DNA of 64,000 nucleotides from an uncultured bacterium (GTDB lineage Bacteria; Omnitrophota; Omnitrophia; Omnitrophales; Aquincolibacteriaceae): NCBI GenBank assembly GCA_964410905.1, contig CAYPIR010000003.1, positions 15,986 to 79,985 of the forward strand, read 5' to 3'. Shown piece by piece: positions 10,969 to 21,309 of this stretch (position 1 is its first letter; each line of letters starts with the position of its first letter). The notes under the pieces were generated by a model. It saw only the letters and a program-made list of their open reading frames with translations, ran no database searches and was not told where the DNA came from. The position numbers and the translations under genes were made by a program.

Positions 10969-12510
10969 TTACGCTTTTTCCTGATAATTTGGGGCTTCGC
11001 GCGTAATAATAACATCATGCGGATGAGATTCTGCTTTCCCCGCTTCCGTAAGTCTGACAAATTGCGCCAACGCCCGCAAATCCTCTATTGTTTCGGCTCC
11101 AACATATCCCATTCCGCGTCGCAATCCGCCAATGTATTGATAAAGAACTTCTTTTAGAGGTCCTTTGTAAGGCACCATTCCTTCCATGCCTTCCGGAACA
11201 AGATCATTTTTTCCTTGATTATAACGTTCGCGAGACCCTTTGCTCATCTCCATAGCGCCAAGAGAACCCATTCCGCGATAAACCTTATACTGAACTCCCT
11301 GATGAAACCGAAATTCGCCGGGGCTTTCTTTTGTCCCGGCAAGCATATTTCCCATCATCACGGAATGCGCGCCCGCGCCAATCGCGATAGGAATATCTCC
11401 TGAAAATTTAAGCCCTCCGTCCGCGCATACAGGCACTCCAAATTTTGCCGCAACTTTCGCGCATTCATAAATCGCGCTCACCTGCGGTTTACCAATGCCG
11501 GCAATAATACGGGTTGTGCAAATTGAGCCGGGCCCTTGCCCAACCTTAAGCCCGTCAGCGCCGGCGCGGCAAAGTCTTTCGGCAGATTCGGGTTCAGAAA
11601 TATTTCCTGCCACAACATCTATTTTATACCGCTTTTTTATAGTTTTTAAGGTTTCAAAAACACCTTTGGAATCACCGTGAGCCGTGTCAATAACCACAAG
11701 ATCTATTTGTTCTTTGATAAGACTTTCAACTCGTTCATACGCGTCGTCGTAAACCCCAATCGCGGCGGCGACTTTTAAGCGTCCGTTTTTATCAACATTA
11801 AAGGTTTGAGAATCACCGAAGAGAATACGTTTTGCGTCACTAAAAGTGTAAAGCCCGGCAATCTTTCCCGTTTTATCCACGAGAGGCAGAACTTTCTTTT
11901 TGCTTTCTTTCATTATTCTATATGCTTCACGAAGGCTTGTTTTCGGATCTCCTGTTATGAGTTTTTTCGTCATAATCTGTTTGGCGCGAAGTGAATGGTC
12001 CTCACAAAAATCAAAATCGTTTTTGGTAAGAATCCCAACAAGTTTTCCCATCTGATCATTCAAAAGAAACGAATGAAAGTTAAATTCGCGTTCTTTTTTA
12101 TGGGCAAGGATTTCACCAATTGTTGTGTTTTCATTAAAGCCGATAGGTTTGTCGATTCTGCCGTTTAAATGAAATTTAACTTTAGCAACTTCAGCGGCTT
12201 GTTCTTGAACGCTAAAATTTTTATGTATTACGCCGATACCGCCAAGTTTTGCGATTTCTATCGCCATTTCAGAACCGGTAACCGTGTCCATAGCCGCGCT
12301 TGCTACAGGAACTTTCAGACTAACATTGCGAGAAAATTTAGATTTCAAGTCAACCGCGTCAGGCATAATCGCTGAGTAGCCTGTCGTAAGACGCGCATCT
12401 CCATAAGTCAAAGCTATGCCTTGCTTTGCGACACTCGCAAAAAACGCGTCGCGTTTCTTAGCAAGTTTTTGTTTGAGACTTAAAGACAGGTGACTTTTGG
12501 GCTGCGTCAT
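10969..12510 (-). CDS. guaB: IMP dehydrogenase
   Basis: GIGVIHKN, CBS pair, and catalytic GPGSICTTR. Confidence 0.9.
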   Translation of the reverse strand: MTQPKSHLSLSLKQKLAKKRDAFFASVAKQGIALTYGDARLTTGYSAIMPDAVDLKSKFSRNVSLKVPVASAAMDTVTGSEMAIEIAKLGGIGVIHKNFSVQEQAAEVAKVKFHLNGRIDKPIGFNENTTIGEILAHKKEREFNFHSFLLNDQMGKLVGILTKNDFDFCEDHSLRAKQIMTKKLITGDPKTSLREAYRIMKESKKKVLPLVDKTGKIAGLYTFSDAKRILFGDSQTFNVDKNGRLKVAAAIGVYDDAYERVESLIKEQIDLVVIDTAHGDSKGVFETLKTIKKRYKIDVVAGNISEPESAERLCRAGADGLKVGQGPGSICTTRIIAGIGKPQVSAIYECAKVAAKFGVPVCADGGLKFSGDIPIAIGAGAHSVMMGNMLAGTKESPGEFRFHQGVQYKVYRGMGSLGAMEMSKGSRERYNQGKNDLVPEGMEGMVPYKGPLKEVLYQYIGGLRRGMGYVGAETIEDLRALAQFVRLTEAGKAESHPHDVIITREAPNYQEKA

Positions 12511-12631
12511 AGATGCCTCCGTGGACAGCGGGTAAATAAAAAACCGAACAAAAAATACATATTTGCTCGGTTAAGTATAGACCAGAATTATACACCATAT
12601 CAAACCTCTATTGAATGAAGATTTTTCTTTA

Positions 12632-13864
12632 TTATTTCAAAATTCCGCGTGAGCAAACCTCACGATACTTTTTGGCGCTTTCCCTAACCGTGCGCTGTCC
12701 GGTTTCATAATTTACTTCCACAAGTCCAAAACGCGGCTTAAATCCTTCCGCCCACTCAAAGTTATCCAGCAGCGACCAATAAAGGTAACCAATAACATTA
12801 GCGCCGTTTTCCATCGCGTTATGCAGCGCGCTCAGATGCCCTTCTATAAATTCCCAACGCAGATTGTCATCGCCGGCGCAAATACCATTTTCAGTAACCA
12901 TTATAGGAAACCCAAGTTTTTTCACATCGTTTAGGAGCATCTCCAATCCTTCGGGATAAATATCCCAACCTAAATCGTTTTTCTTTCGCGGGTTATGATC
13001 TTTCTCACAAACATCCGTCGCGAAATTTCCAAGTCCACACCCTTTCAAATCCACTCGTTGGCGGGAATAATAATTAACTCCGACAAAATCTAAGGTCCCG
13101 GAGCGAATCGCCTGCTTTATCATTCCAAGATTGAACCATCTATGTCTAAGCCAAGCGGCAAATCGATTCTTCAAAGATTTATCACACGGAACAAATGCCT
13201 GCATATGTTGAGAAAAACTCACGGCGGGACGCGATAAAGATTTTTTGCGATAAATTTTATGGATTTTTTTATAAGTCTTTTTATGCGCTTTTGCCAAATT
13301 CCTTTGGACAATCAGACCTTTTAAAATAGATTTTTCTTGCGGCGGCCAAACTCCTAAAATAAACGAGTGCGTAAAATAAATGGTGGGTTCGTTAATAGTT
13401 ATCCAATAATGAACAAGGTCAGAGAGATCAGAAACAACTCGCGCGGCAAACCGTAAAAAATATTTAACCGTTTTGGGTTTTGTCCAGCCTCCCCGCCTCG
13501 CTATCCATTCAGGATTTGTAAAATGATGAAGCGTTACAACGGGTTCCATGCCACGCAATTTCAGAGCGATTAAAACTTTTCTGTAATGCTCAATCGCGTC
13601 CGCGGAAAATCGCCCTTCTTCCGGCTCAACTCTGCTCCATTCAATAGAAATTCGATGCGCGTTGTGCGAGAGATTTTTGGCAAGTTCAAAGTCTATTTCG
13701 TAAAGGTCGTAGTGGCCGCATGCGTCAGCGGATTGTTCTCTGCCGGCGCGTTTTTCCCAATGCCACCAATCCGCGTTAGTATTTCCACCCTCGACTTGAT
13801 AAGCCGCGGTTGCCGCGCCCCATAAAAAATTTTTGGAAAACTTTTTCGGATTGTCTTGAGTCAT
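12632..13864 (-). CDS. GH1 beta-glucosidase. An alternative upstream ATG at 13957 lies inside a MITE fragment.
   Basis: FLWGAATAAYQVEGG, TLHHF, NEP and ITENG catalytic motifs. Confidence 0.8.
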   Translation of the reverse strand: MTQDNPKKFSKNFLWGAATAAYQVEGGNTNADWWHWEKRAGREQSADACGHYDLYEIDFELAKNLSHNAHRISIEWSRVEPEEGRFSADAIEHYRKVLIALKLRGMEPVVTLHHFTNPEWIARRGGWTKPKTVKYFLRFAARVVSDLSDLVHYWITINEPTIYFTHSFILGVWPPQEKSILKGLIVQRNLAKAHKKTYKKIHKIYRKKSLSRPAVSFSQHMQAFVPCDKSLKNRFAAWLRHRWFNLGMIKQAIRSGTLDFVGVNYYSRQRVDLKGCGLGNFATDVCEKDHNPRKKNDLGWDIYPEGLEMLLNDVKKLGFPIMVTENGICAGDDNLRWEFIEGHLSALHNAMENGANVIGYLYWSLLDNFEWAEGFKPRFGLVEVNYETGQRTVRESAKKYREVCSRGILK

Positions 13865-13924
13865 GCGGAGAATTGTATCACAGCGCGCAACAATGCTTTT
13901 GTAATCAGTAGATTCCCTGATACG

Positions 13925-14045
13925 AAATAGCGAAACGCCTTCGACGTTTGTCGGCATAGTCCATTACGCCCCACTGCCCAATGCATTGGGACGAAACGGC
14001 GAAGCACCTTCGGCGCTTGTCCGTTACGCTGAAGTTTCAAATGCT
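13925..14045. repeat. MITE-family fragment, copy D
   Basis: cccaatgcattgggacgaaacggcgaagcaccttcggcgcttgtccgttacg matches the internal module of the 44274 and 47559 copies. Confidence 0.4.
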
Positions 14046-16918
14046 TGACGCGCCGCGAACATATTTGCAAGAAGCTCAACATCTACGGTCAAAATTTTTC
14101 CTTCAAATTTAATTACATTTCCAAACCCCATTTTATTGAGGTCCTGCAAAACAAGGGCGGGATTGGTCTGCATTTCAGCGCGCTGCTCTTTTGTAGCGGT
14201 TGAATACTTGAGAAAAAGATGCTTAATCGCTGACACGGCAAGAGATTTTAAATCAGGGTCTGATATTCGTCCAATCTCCGCGAGAATTGTCCATAAACCT
14301 TCCACATCAACTCCCAAATCTTCCGTCCAAAGCGCAATAACATCATTGTCAAAACCTCGCTTCATAAGTTTTTTAACTTGCTCTGAAGCTTTTTTGTTTG
14401 AATTATTTTGGTCATAAACAAGCGTTTCTAGAGAACTAGAACCCGGCAAATTAAACGCGCGGCCGACCTTTTCGTCTCTTCTATGCAAAAGCAAAAGTCT
14501 ATCTATTTGCACCTCACTCAAAATGCTTAAAATCGTTACATTATCGCTACTATTACGAGAAAAATTAGTTATGACATTCAGTTTCCGCGCATTCGCTGTT
14601 CCTTCCATGCCGCGATTCAAAATATCTATAGCCATCTCGCTTGCGATAATTCTTCCCTTATCCAGCCCTTTAGCAAGAGCGTCAACAAGACCTGAAACAC
14701 TTACTCCCGAACCCGAAATAACCGATTCTCTAATCCGCATAATTAGAGTTTCCACAACTTTAACCCCTTCCGTTTCACCTAAAACAAATTTCAAATCTTC
14801 GTCAAATTCTCCATGAATTTTTTGAGAAAATTCATCGCTCCAGACATACCGCAAAATTTCCTCCGAAGAACTCATTTGAGAAATGCTTCTCAAAATATCA
14901 TCGATACTTGCCCCCATTTTTTCAGATAAAACACTTATTCCCATAGCGTCCAACAATAAAGTCTCTCTGCCAATCCCGCTTTTAGTAATATTTCCCGCAT
15001 CCGCGGCGGCAGCGTCTTTATCAGGTGTCGAATGAAAATTAATTGTCGGATCGAGAGCAAGCTGCGGCGCGATAAAGGACACTTTAGATTCCGAAACCTG
15101 ATTTGCGGGTTTATCCGCGTTGGCTCCTAAAACTTTCCAAGCATAAGAAATCGTTTTCCCTTTGAAATTTTCAAGTTCCGCTTGAATAATTTCTCCGTAT
15201 TTGTTTTTGGACTGTAAAGAAACTTTCGCGTTTAAAATCGGAGCAATATCGTTTAAAGATATCTCATCAAGATACGGCAAATATATTTTTGAATCGGCAA
15301 CTCTCCCGCGCGCCGCAAGTTCGCGGACAAGATTATTTCGCCAAAGCATAAGCTGATTTATCCTGTCAAAAACAGGCAGCGCGTCCGCGAGCTGTCTGAC
15401 GCTTTGTTTCGCGAGAGCGTCAAAATATGTCGTTTTAAGATATTGCTTATACGAAACATCGTTAGCCATGAGTTTGGAGTAATTCTCCGCGCCCGATAAA
15501 GAAGAAATTTTAGGCGTAATAACAACATGCGAAACTTCGCCCAATCTCAAAAGATTCTCAACGCCGGATGTGTGGAAACCTCCCGCTACAACAGCCGCCG
15601 CGCCTTTTGTCATTTCTATACTTTGATAAAACGCCTCATCGCGTTTTAAGGCTGATTTGTAAAAATCGACAGCAGGCTCAATTAGGTTACTAAAGCCCTC
15701 TTCTTCAAAAATGTTTTCTATCTCTTTTGCCTCGCGCTGATAGGCTACAAAATCCTCAAACTTCGCCTGAAGGCAAATTATGTCCCGCGCTATAAAAAGT
15801 TTTTGATATTTTCGCGCGAGATTTTTTTCGCCGGCTGTTTTGGCAAGATGTGTTTCTATTTCCACCTGAAACAAATCCAATTCTTCCGAAAGGCTCGTCC
15901 CTTTTATTTCTGACAATGTCTCGGTATTCCCGAGAAGTTTTTTGAGCTCGCGAGTGAGTTTTATTTGTTTTCCTGTTTCAGCACCGATTTTTACAAGATA
16001 TTGCAGCATCTCTCCGGCAGTGATTTCGCCCGTCATAAAGGCTTGATATTTGTTATAAAAATTATATTCATTTTTCACGCCAAGCTCTTTTAAGTATTTA
16101 CTTCTAAATTCATCCGCGATTTGCCTGACCAATGTTTTTAACTGTTCGGGCTTCGCCGACTTTTCATAGCCAAGCGTTTTAAGCAGATTGGGCAAATCTT
16201 TATAATTTTTATTGTTCGATTTAATTATTCCTGAGTAGCGTGAAAGATAGAGCAAAAAATCCACGAGAGAGGTTCTGTCCAACAAAAATTCTTCTTTTGT
16301 TTTTTGAAACTCTTTTAATTCTTCGCCATAAACAACCGCCTGCTCGCCATCTAATTTTTGTTTTGTCTTATCCCATAAATCAAGAAGCCGCTTTCTGTTT
16401 CCCTCCGCCTCGCGATATGCCGAATAATTTTTTTCATAAAGAAACCAATCTTCCATCCCTCTGAATTCCGCGCGTCCGTCTTGAGTAATTGCCGCTATCT
16501 CGGCACCGGACAATTCGCCGCTCGCTTCATAAACGCTTAAGACTCTTTGCCTAATAATCTCATCCGGAAACGACCGAAAGAGCACGGGTTCCAACCTATC
16601 GCGCGCCCCTTCCAAAAGAACGGTTTCCACGCCGTAAGTCTTTGACAAATACGCGATAATTTTCCGTATGTTTTGCTGCGCGTCTACGATGGCGTGCGCG
16701 TCCTGAATTAAAAAGATTATTCTTCCTTGTTCTTTCCCAGCAAATTTTTTTGAAATGCTCCCAATGTTTTCTGGGATGGAAATTTGAGAAATATCCGCGG
16801 CGCGGGCGGTTTGCTTCGGTCTTGAGGAAATATCGTTAATGTCCGCAAACACACTTTGGGATATAAGAAAAAAACAAAGCGTCAAAACTGAAACGCAGCG
16901 CCTTTTATGCATCAACAT
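14024..16918 (-). CDS. 964-aa secreted hypothetical protein. Its N-terminal ~430-aa domain is paralogous to the N-terminal domain of the 2831-aa giant protein.
   Basis: Signal peptide (cleavage VFA-DI). Shared motifs IQDAHAIVDAQ, VETVLLEGA, GGFHTSG. Confidence 0.7.
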   Translation of the reverse strand: MLMHKRRCVSVLTLCFFLISQSVFADINDISSRPKQTARAADISQISIPENIGSISKKFAGKEQGRIIFLIQDAHAIVDAQQNIRKIIAYLSKTYGVETVLLEGARDRLEPVLFRSFPDEIIRQRVLSVYEASGELSGAEIAAITQDGRAEFRGMEDWFLYEKNYSAYREAEGNRKRLLDLWDKTKQKLDGEQAVVYGEELKEFQKTKEEFLLDRTSLVDFLLYLSRYSGIIKSNNKNYKDLPNLLKTLGYEKSAKPEQLKTLVRQIADEFRSKYLKELGVKNEYNFYNKYQAFMTGEITAGEMLQYLVKIGAETGKQIKLTRELKKLLGNTETLSEIKGTSLSEELDLFQVEIETHLAKTAGEKNLARKYQKLFIARDIICLQAKFEDFVAYQREAKEIENIFEEEGFSNLIEPAVDFYKSALKRDEAFYQSIEMTKGAAAVVAGGFHTSGVENLLRLGEVSHVVITPKISSLSGAENYSKLMANDVSYKQYLKTTYFDALAKQSVRQLADALPVFDRINQLMLWRNNLVRELAARGRVADSKIYLPYLDEISLNDIAPILNAKVSLQSKNKYGEIIQAELENFKGKTISYAWKVLGANADKPANQVSESKVSFIAPQLALDPTINFHSTPDKDAAAADAGNITKSGIGRETLLLDAMGISVLSEKMGASIDDILRSISQMSSSEEILRYVWSDEFSQKIHGEFDEDLKFVLGETEGVKVVETLIMRIRESVISGSGVSVSGLVDALAKGLDKGRIIASEMAIDILNRGMEGTANARKLNVITNFSRNSSDNVTILSILSEVQIDRLLLLHRRDEKVGRAFNLPGSSSLETLVYDQNNSNKKASEQVKKLMKRGFDNDVIALWTEDLGVDVEGLWTILAEIGRISDPDLKSLAVSAIKHLFLKYSTATKEQRAEMQTNPALVLQDLNKMGFGNVIKFEGKILTVDVELLANMFAARQAFETSA

Positions 16919-17048
16919 TTTCTTATACCCCCTCTATACTTAAGCTAGCATTAAATAACATTTAAGCACTTTCTAAATCTATTTAAAATATGCCTGATAA
17001 ATGGGTTTTTAGCAAGTAGGGCGAGAAAACTGATAAAGGGTTAGAAAA

Positions 17049-17393
17049 TTACCACTTTTTGAAGACAAAAACCGCGGCGAGAATGAGAAATAAAAAACCG
17101 ACTATATAATTCCACTTCAGGCCTTCTTTGAGGTAAAAAACGCTAAAAATGCAGAATACAATTATGGTAATAACTTCTTGCAGGACTTTTAACTGCGCGG
17201 CCGAGAAAAATTGATGCCCAACACGATTGGCCGGCACTTGCAGGCAATATTCAAAAAACGCGATGCCCCAGCTGACCAAAATCACAATCCAGAGGGCGCT
17301 ATTTTTATAACGCAAATGTCCATACCAAGCAAATGTCATAAAAATATTAGAAAGAATCAGCAAAACTATCGGAGTGAACGCGTGTTGAAGCAT
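17049..17393 (-). CDS. small 4-TM membrane protein, DMT-superfamily-like
   Basis: 114 aa with four hydrophobic helices. Confidence 0.5.
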   Translation of the reverse strand: MLQHAFTPIVLLILSNIFMTFAWYGHLRYKNSALWIVILVSWGIAFFEYCLQVPANRVGHQFFSAAQLKVLQEVITIIVFCIFSVFYLKEGLKWNYIVGFLFLILAAVFVFKKW

Positions 17394-17472
17394 TTTAGTT
17401 TTCCCTTATTTTCGACGAGGACGATTTTTATAATTGTGGCATAATACCATTTTAAAATTTAAAGGGAACGCG

Positions 17473-18759
17473 ATGCGCGCGATTATTAGACAAATCAAAA
17501 AAACATACGAAATGGCGAATAAGGAAGAGCGTTCCGTTGTTTTGAAAAACTTCGCAAATCTTTCAATCCTTCAGGCGATCACCTATATCCTCCCGATTTT
17601 GATTATCCCCTACCTTTTTCGCATTTTGGGGCCGGCGAAATTCGGCCTAATTTCCTTCGCGCAGGCATTTGTTCAATATTTCATAATATTCACCGATTAC
17701 GGCTTCAACATTTCTGCCACAAAAGAAATATCTCTTAATCAAAATCATCCTTCACGGCTTTCAAAAATATTTTCTTCGGTGATGCTGATTAAGTTTTTTC
17801 TTCTCTCAATTTGCTTTTTGCTTCTTTGGGGTTCGTCTTTCATACATAAGTTCCAGATTGATTGGCCTGTTTACATAATTAGTTTCGGAACAGTTATCGG
17901 TTCTTCTCTATTCCCTCTTTGGTTTTTTCAAGGAGTGGAAAAAATGAAGCACATATCGGATCTCAAAATTTTAGGCGGAGGAGTTGGGGCTGTTTTAATA
18001 CTTATTTTTGTTCGCGAGGAATCCGACTATTTGATTGTCCCGCTCGTGCTGTCCGCTGTCTCTATTTTTATAGGGCTATGGGGACAATTTCTGGTTTTTA
18101 GAAAATTCAAAATACACTTCCAAATTCCTTCTTACAGCAACGTATCTGAGCAGCTCAAAAAAGGCTGGGACATTTTTCTCTCCAATATCGCGATTAACGC
18201 TTATACAACCACGCGAGTTTTTGCCATTGGGCTTTTGACAAACAACACCATAACCGGCTTTTATTCCATCGCCGAAAAAATGGCTTGGATTTGTCAGACA
18301 TTTCCGCTCACCTCTTTTTCGCAGGCGCTTTTTCCTCGCCTCAGTAAAATTTATCAAAAAAGTCACGCGAGAGCATTTGAATTTATGGAAAAAATTCAGC
18401 AGATCACAATTTCAATTTCTCTCATTTGCCTTCCGATAATTTTTATTTTCACTCACAAAATCGTCCGCGTTATTTGCGGAGTGGATTATCCTGAAGTAAC
18501 AATAACATTTCGTCTGCTTCTTATCGCCGTTTTATTTATTAGCTCCAACGCGTTTCAGCTTCAGTATCTTTTGGTATGCGGCAAAACTCGGCTCTATTCA
18601 AAAATTCATGTGGCAACGGCAATCGTAGGCTTACCTCTGATTTTCATTCTTATATCCGCGTTCTTATATCAAGGCGCGGCAATTGCCACTATTTTGCTTG
18701 AAGCGGCTATTTTCACTTCGACGTTTGTTTCGGTTAAGCGTCTAAAGGAGGCTTCATAA
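17473..18759 (+). CDS. Wzx-type oligosaccharide/polysaccharide flippase
   Basis: 12-TM profile. N-terminal ...ILQAITYILPILIIPYLFRILGPAKFGLISF. ATG at 17473 preceded by AAAGGGA. Confidence 0.7.
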   Translation: MRAIIRQIKKTYEMANKEERSVVLKNFANLSILQAITYILPILIIPYLFRILGPAKFGLISFAQAFVQYFIIFTDYGFNISATKEISLNQNHPSRLSKIFSSVMLIKFFLLSICFLLLWGSSFIHKFQIDWPVYIISFGTVIGSSLFPLWFFQGVEKMKHISDLKILGGGVGAVLILIFVREESDYLIVPLVLSAVSIFIGLWGQFLVFRKFKIHFQIPSYSNVSEQLKKGWDIFLSNIAINAYTTTRVFAIGLLTNNTITGFYSIAEKMAWICQTFPLTSFSQALFPRLSKIYQKSHARAFEFMEKIQQITISISLICLPIIFIFTHKIVRVICGVDYPEVTITFRLLLIAVLFISSNAFQLQYLLVCGKTRLYSKIHVATAIVGLPLIFILISAFLYQGAAIATILLEAAIFTSTFVSVKRLKEAS

Positions 18760-18760
18760 A

Positions 18761-20539
18761 ATGCCCGCGCTGCCTATTTTAATTATTGTTCTCTGCGTTT
18801 TTGTGTTGGCGTATCGCTATTACAGCGCTTTTTTATCAAGCCGCGTTTTTTTACTCAATCCTGATGCCGTTACACCAGCGCATAAACTTCAAGACGGGCA
18901 AAATTATTATCCAATGTCAAAGTGGGTTTTGTTTGGCCATCACTTTGCCGCAATCGCTGGCGCGGGACCGCTTGTCGGACCTGTTCTTGCCGCACAATTT
19001 GGATTTATGCCCGGTCTTATTTGGATGGTTATCGGCGCTGTGCTCGGCGGCGCCGTTCACGATTTTGTAGTGCTTGTTATGTCTGTTCGCCGAGACGGGA
19101 AATCTTTAGCGGAAATTGCCCGCGAAGAACTGGGTAAAACTGCGGGCATAGCTTGTGCAATCTCAGTTCTTTTTATTATTTTAATAGCACTCGCCGGGCT
19201 TGGTTTTGTGGTTGTCCACGCTCTCGCCGAAAGCTCTTGGGGAATGTTCACAATCGCTTCTTCAATTCCTATAGCAATTTTGATGGGGCTTTATATTTTC
19301 GCGTGGAAAAAAGGTTCGCCTCAAGCGGTTAAAATAGCCTCCATTGTTGGCGTCTTAGCTCTTACCGCGTCAGTTATCTTTGGCAAATGGATTCCAGAAA
19401 TTCCATTCCTCAACGATATTTTTCTACTTGAGAAAAAAAGCGTCATTATCGCAATGGCAATTTACGGTTTTGCCGCCTCGGCTCTTCCTGTCTGGCTGCT
19501 TCTCGCGCCGCGTGATTATTTGAGCTCGTATATGAAAATCGGGATAATTTTAATTTTGATTGGCGGGATTGTTATCGTTAACCCGCGAATAGAATTTCCA
19601 GCTTTTAGCCAATTTGTAAACGGCGGAGGTCCAATCGTTCCAGGAAGCGCGTGGCCATTTGTATGCATCACCATTATGTGCGGAGCAATTTCCGGTTTTC
19701 ACTCTCTTGTATCAAGCGGGACAACTCCCAAAATGATTTCAAACGAACTTCATACTCGCCCAATCGGATACGGAGCAATGCTAGTCGAAGCTGTGGTTAG
19801 CATTGTTTGTCTCATAGCCGCTTGCAATTTGCATCCATCAGATTATTACGCCATTAATGTTTCGCCTGAAGTCTTTAAAACTCTTGGGATGTCGCCTGTA
19901 GCGCTCGGTGATTTAACGCGCTTAATAGGAGAAACAAACCTAGCGGGGCGAACAGGCGGAGCGGTTTCACTTGCGGTTGGCATGGCACAAATTTTTTCAA
20001 ATATTCCAGGTTTTGCGGGACTAATGAAATATTTATATCACTTCATAATAATGTTTGAGGCAATGTTTATTCTTACAACCGTTGACGCGGGGACACGCAT
20101 CGCGCGGTTTATATTGCAGGAACTCTTGGGCGGCATTCACCCAAAATTAAAACAAACCAGTTGGCTGCCCGGAAATTTAGCGGCAAGTTTTATTGTCGTT
20201 CTCGCTTGGGGATTTTTAATTTGGAATGCGAGCATTAACACTATTTGGCCGATGTTCGGCATAGCCAATCAATTGCTTGCGGCAATTGCTCTCGCGATAG
20301 GAACCGTTTGGCTCGTCCGCTTGGGCAAGGCTCGCTACGCGTGGACAACCGCTGTGCCAATGGTCTTTGTTGCCGTAACAACAATCGCCGCGGCATGGCA
20401 AATGATCGCTCATCATTACTGGTCTAAAAATGCCGCCGCGTGGATTGTGAACTTCAACATCACTCTTATTGTTCTTATGACGGCCTGCTCTTTTATTATT
20501 TTCACCTCTGCGGCGAGAAAACTTTTATCAAAAAATTAA
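18761..20539 (+). CDS. cstA: carbon starvation protein CstA (peptide/pyruvate transporter family)
   Basis: N-terminal YYPMSKWVLFGHHFAAIAGAGPLVGPVLAAQFG. Confidence 0.9.
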   Translation: MPALPILIIVLCVFVLAYRYYSAFLSSRVFLLNPDAVTPAHKLQDGQNYYPMSKWVLFGHHFAAIAGAGPLVGPVLAAQFGFMPGLIWMVIGAVLGGAVHDFVVLVMSVRRDGKSLAEIAREELGKTAGIACAISVLFIILIALAGLGFVVVHALAESSWGMFTIASSIPIAILMGLYIFAWKKGSPQAVKIASIVGVLALTASVIFGKWIPEIPFLNDIFLLEKKSVIIAMAIYGFAASALPVWLLLAPRDYLSSYMKIGIILILIGGIVIVNPRIEFPAFSQFVNGGGPIVPGSAWPFVCITIMCGAISGFHSLVSSGTTPKMISNELHTRPIGYGAMLVEAVVSIVCLIAACNLHPSDYYAINVSPEVFKTLGMSPVALGDLTRLIGETNLAGRTGGAVSLAVGMAQIFSNIPGFAGLMKYLYHFIIMFEAMFILTTVDAGTRIARFILQELLGGIHPKLKQTSWLPGNLAASFIVVLAWGFLIWNASINTIWPMFGIANQLLAAIALAIGTVWLVRLGKARYAWTTAVPMVFVAVTTIAAAWQMIAHHYWSKNAAAWIVNFNITLIVLMTACSFIIFTSAARKLLSKN

Positions 20540-20561
20540 AAGTTTCCTAGCGTGGAAGTTT

Positions 20562-21224
20562 TTACTGTATCGCTACTTTTTGCGGAACAGATTCTGCTGC
20601 TGTAGCCTTAGGGAGCGTAATAGTTAAAACACCATTTTGATATGTCGCTTTAATTTTCGTCTCATCAACTGCGCCGGGGAGCGTTATGCTGCGATAAAAC
20701 GAGCCCGAACTTCTCTCTTGCGAGACAAACCCTGTTTGCTCATCCGATGTTTCATGGATGACTTCGCGAACGCCTTGTATCGTCAACACATTGTCTTTTA
20801 CCGTAAGTTCTATTTTATCTTTTTCCAGACCCGGCAAATCGCTTGTAATAACGTATGCACCAGCAGTTTCCGCTAAATCAATTGCCGGCGTGAAATCAAA
20901 TCCACCGGTGTTTGGGAAATTTTTAAAAACAGTAGAGCCAAAATTAAACGCATGTCTCATAAAGCTGCTCATTTGCTGCATTGACGCATCGAACTCGTCC
21001 CAAGGATCTACCGGTTTCAGCGCGCTTTGAGTTTTTGTAGCAGGCAAAACCGCGTCAGGAATTGCTATAGGCTTCGTAGAAATTGCGGACAATTGTTTTT
21101 CTTCCTGAACTGGTTTGTCTTTTTTGCATTTAATCAAAATTGAAATTTGTAAAATCGCGACTAGTGCAAGCAATGCTATAAGCGCATAAACCAATTTCCC
21201 TTTTTTGCATTTTTCAGTTGTCAT
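20562..21224 (-). CDS. Hsp20/alpha-crystallin family protein with an N-terminal TM anchor
   Basis: C-terminal ACD (FDFTPAIDLAE...LTVKDNVLTIQG...GVLTITLPK). N-terminal hydrophobic helix. AAGGAGA Shine-Dalgarno. Confidence 0.75.
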   Translation of the reverse strand: MTTEKCKKGKLVYALIALLALVAILQISILIKCKKDKPVQEEKQLSAISTKPIAIPDAVLPATKTQSALKPVDPWDEFDASMQQMSSFMRHAFNFGSTVFKNFPNTGGFDFTPAIDLAETAGAYVITSDLPGLEKDKIELTVKDNVLTIQGVREVIHETSDEQTGFVSQERSSGSFYRSITLPGAVDETKIKATYQNGVLTITLPKATAAESVPQKVAIQ

Positions 21225-21309
21225 AATTTTCTCCTTTTTAGTTGGCGGACATTTTTAAAACCCGTTTATTTTACATCAGCTGGTCTTATTTAAGGTATAG
21301 TATTCTTTC

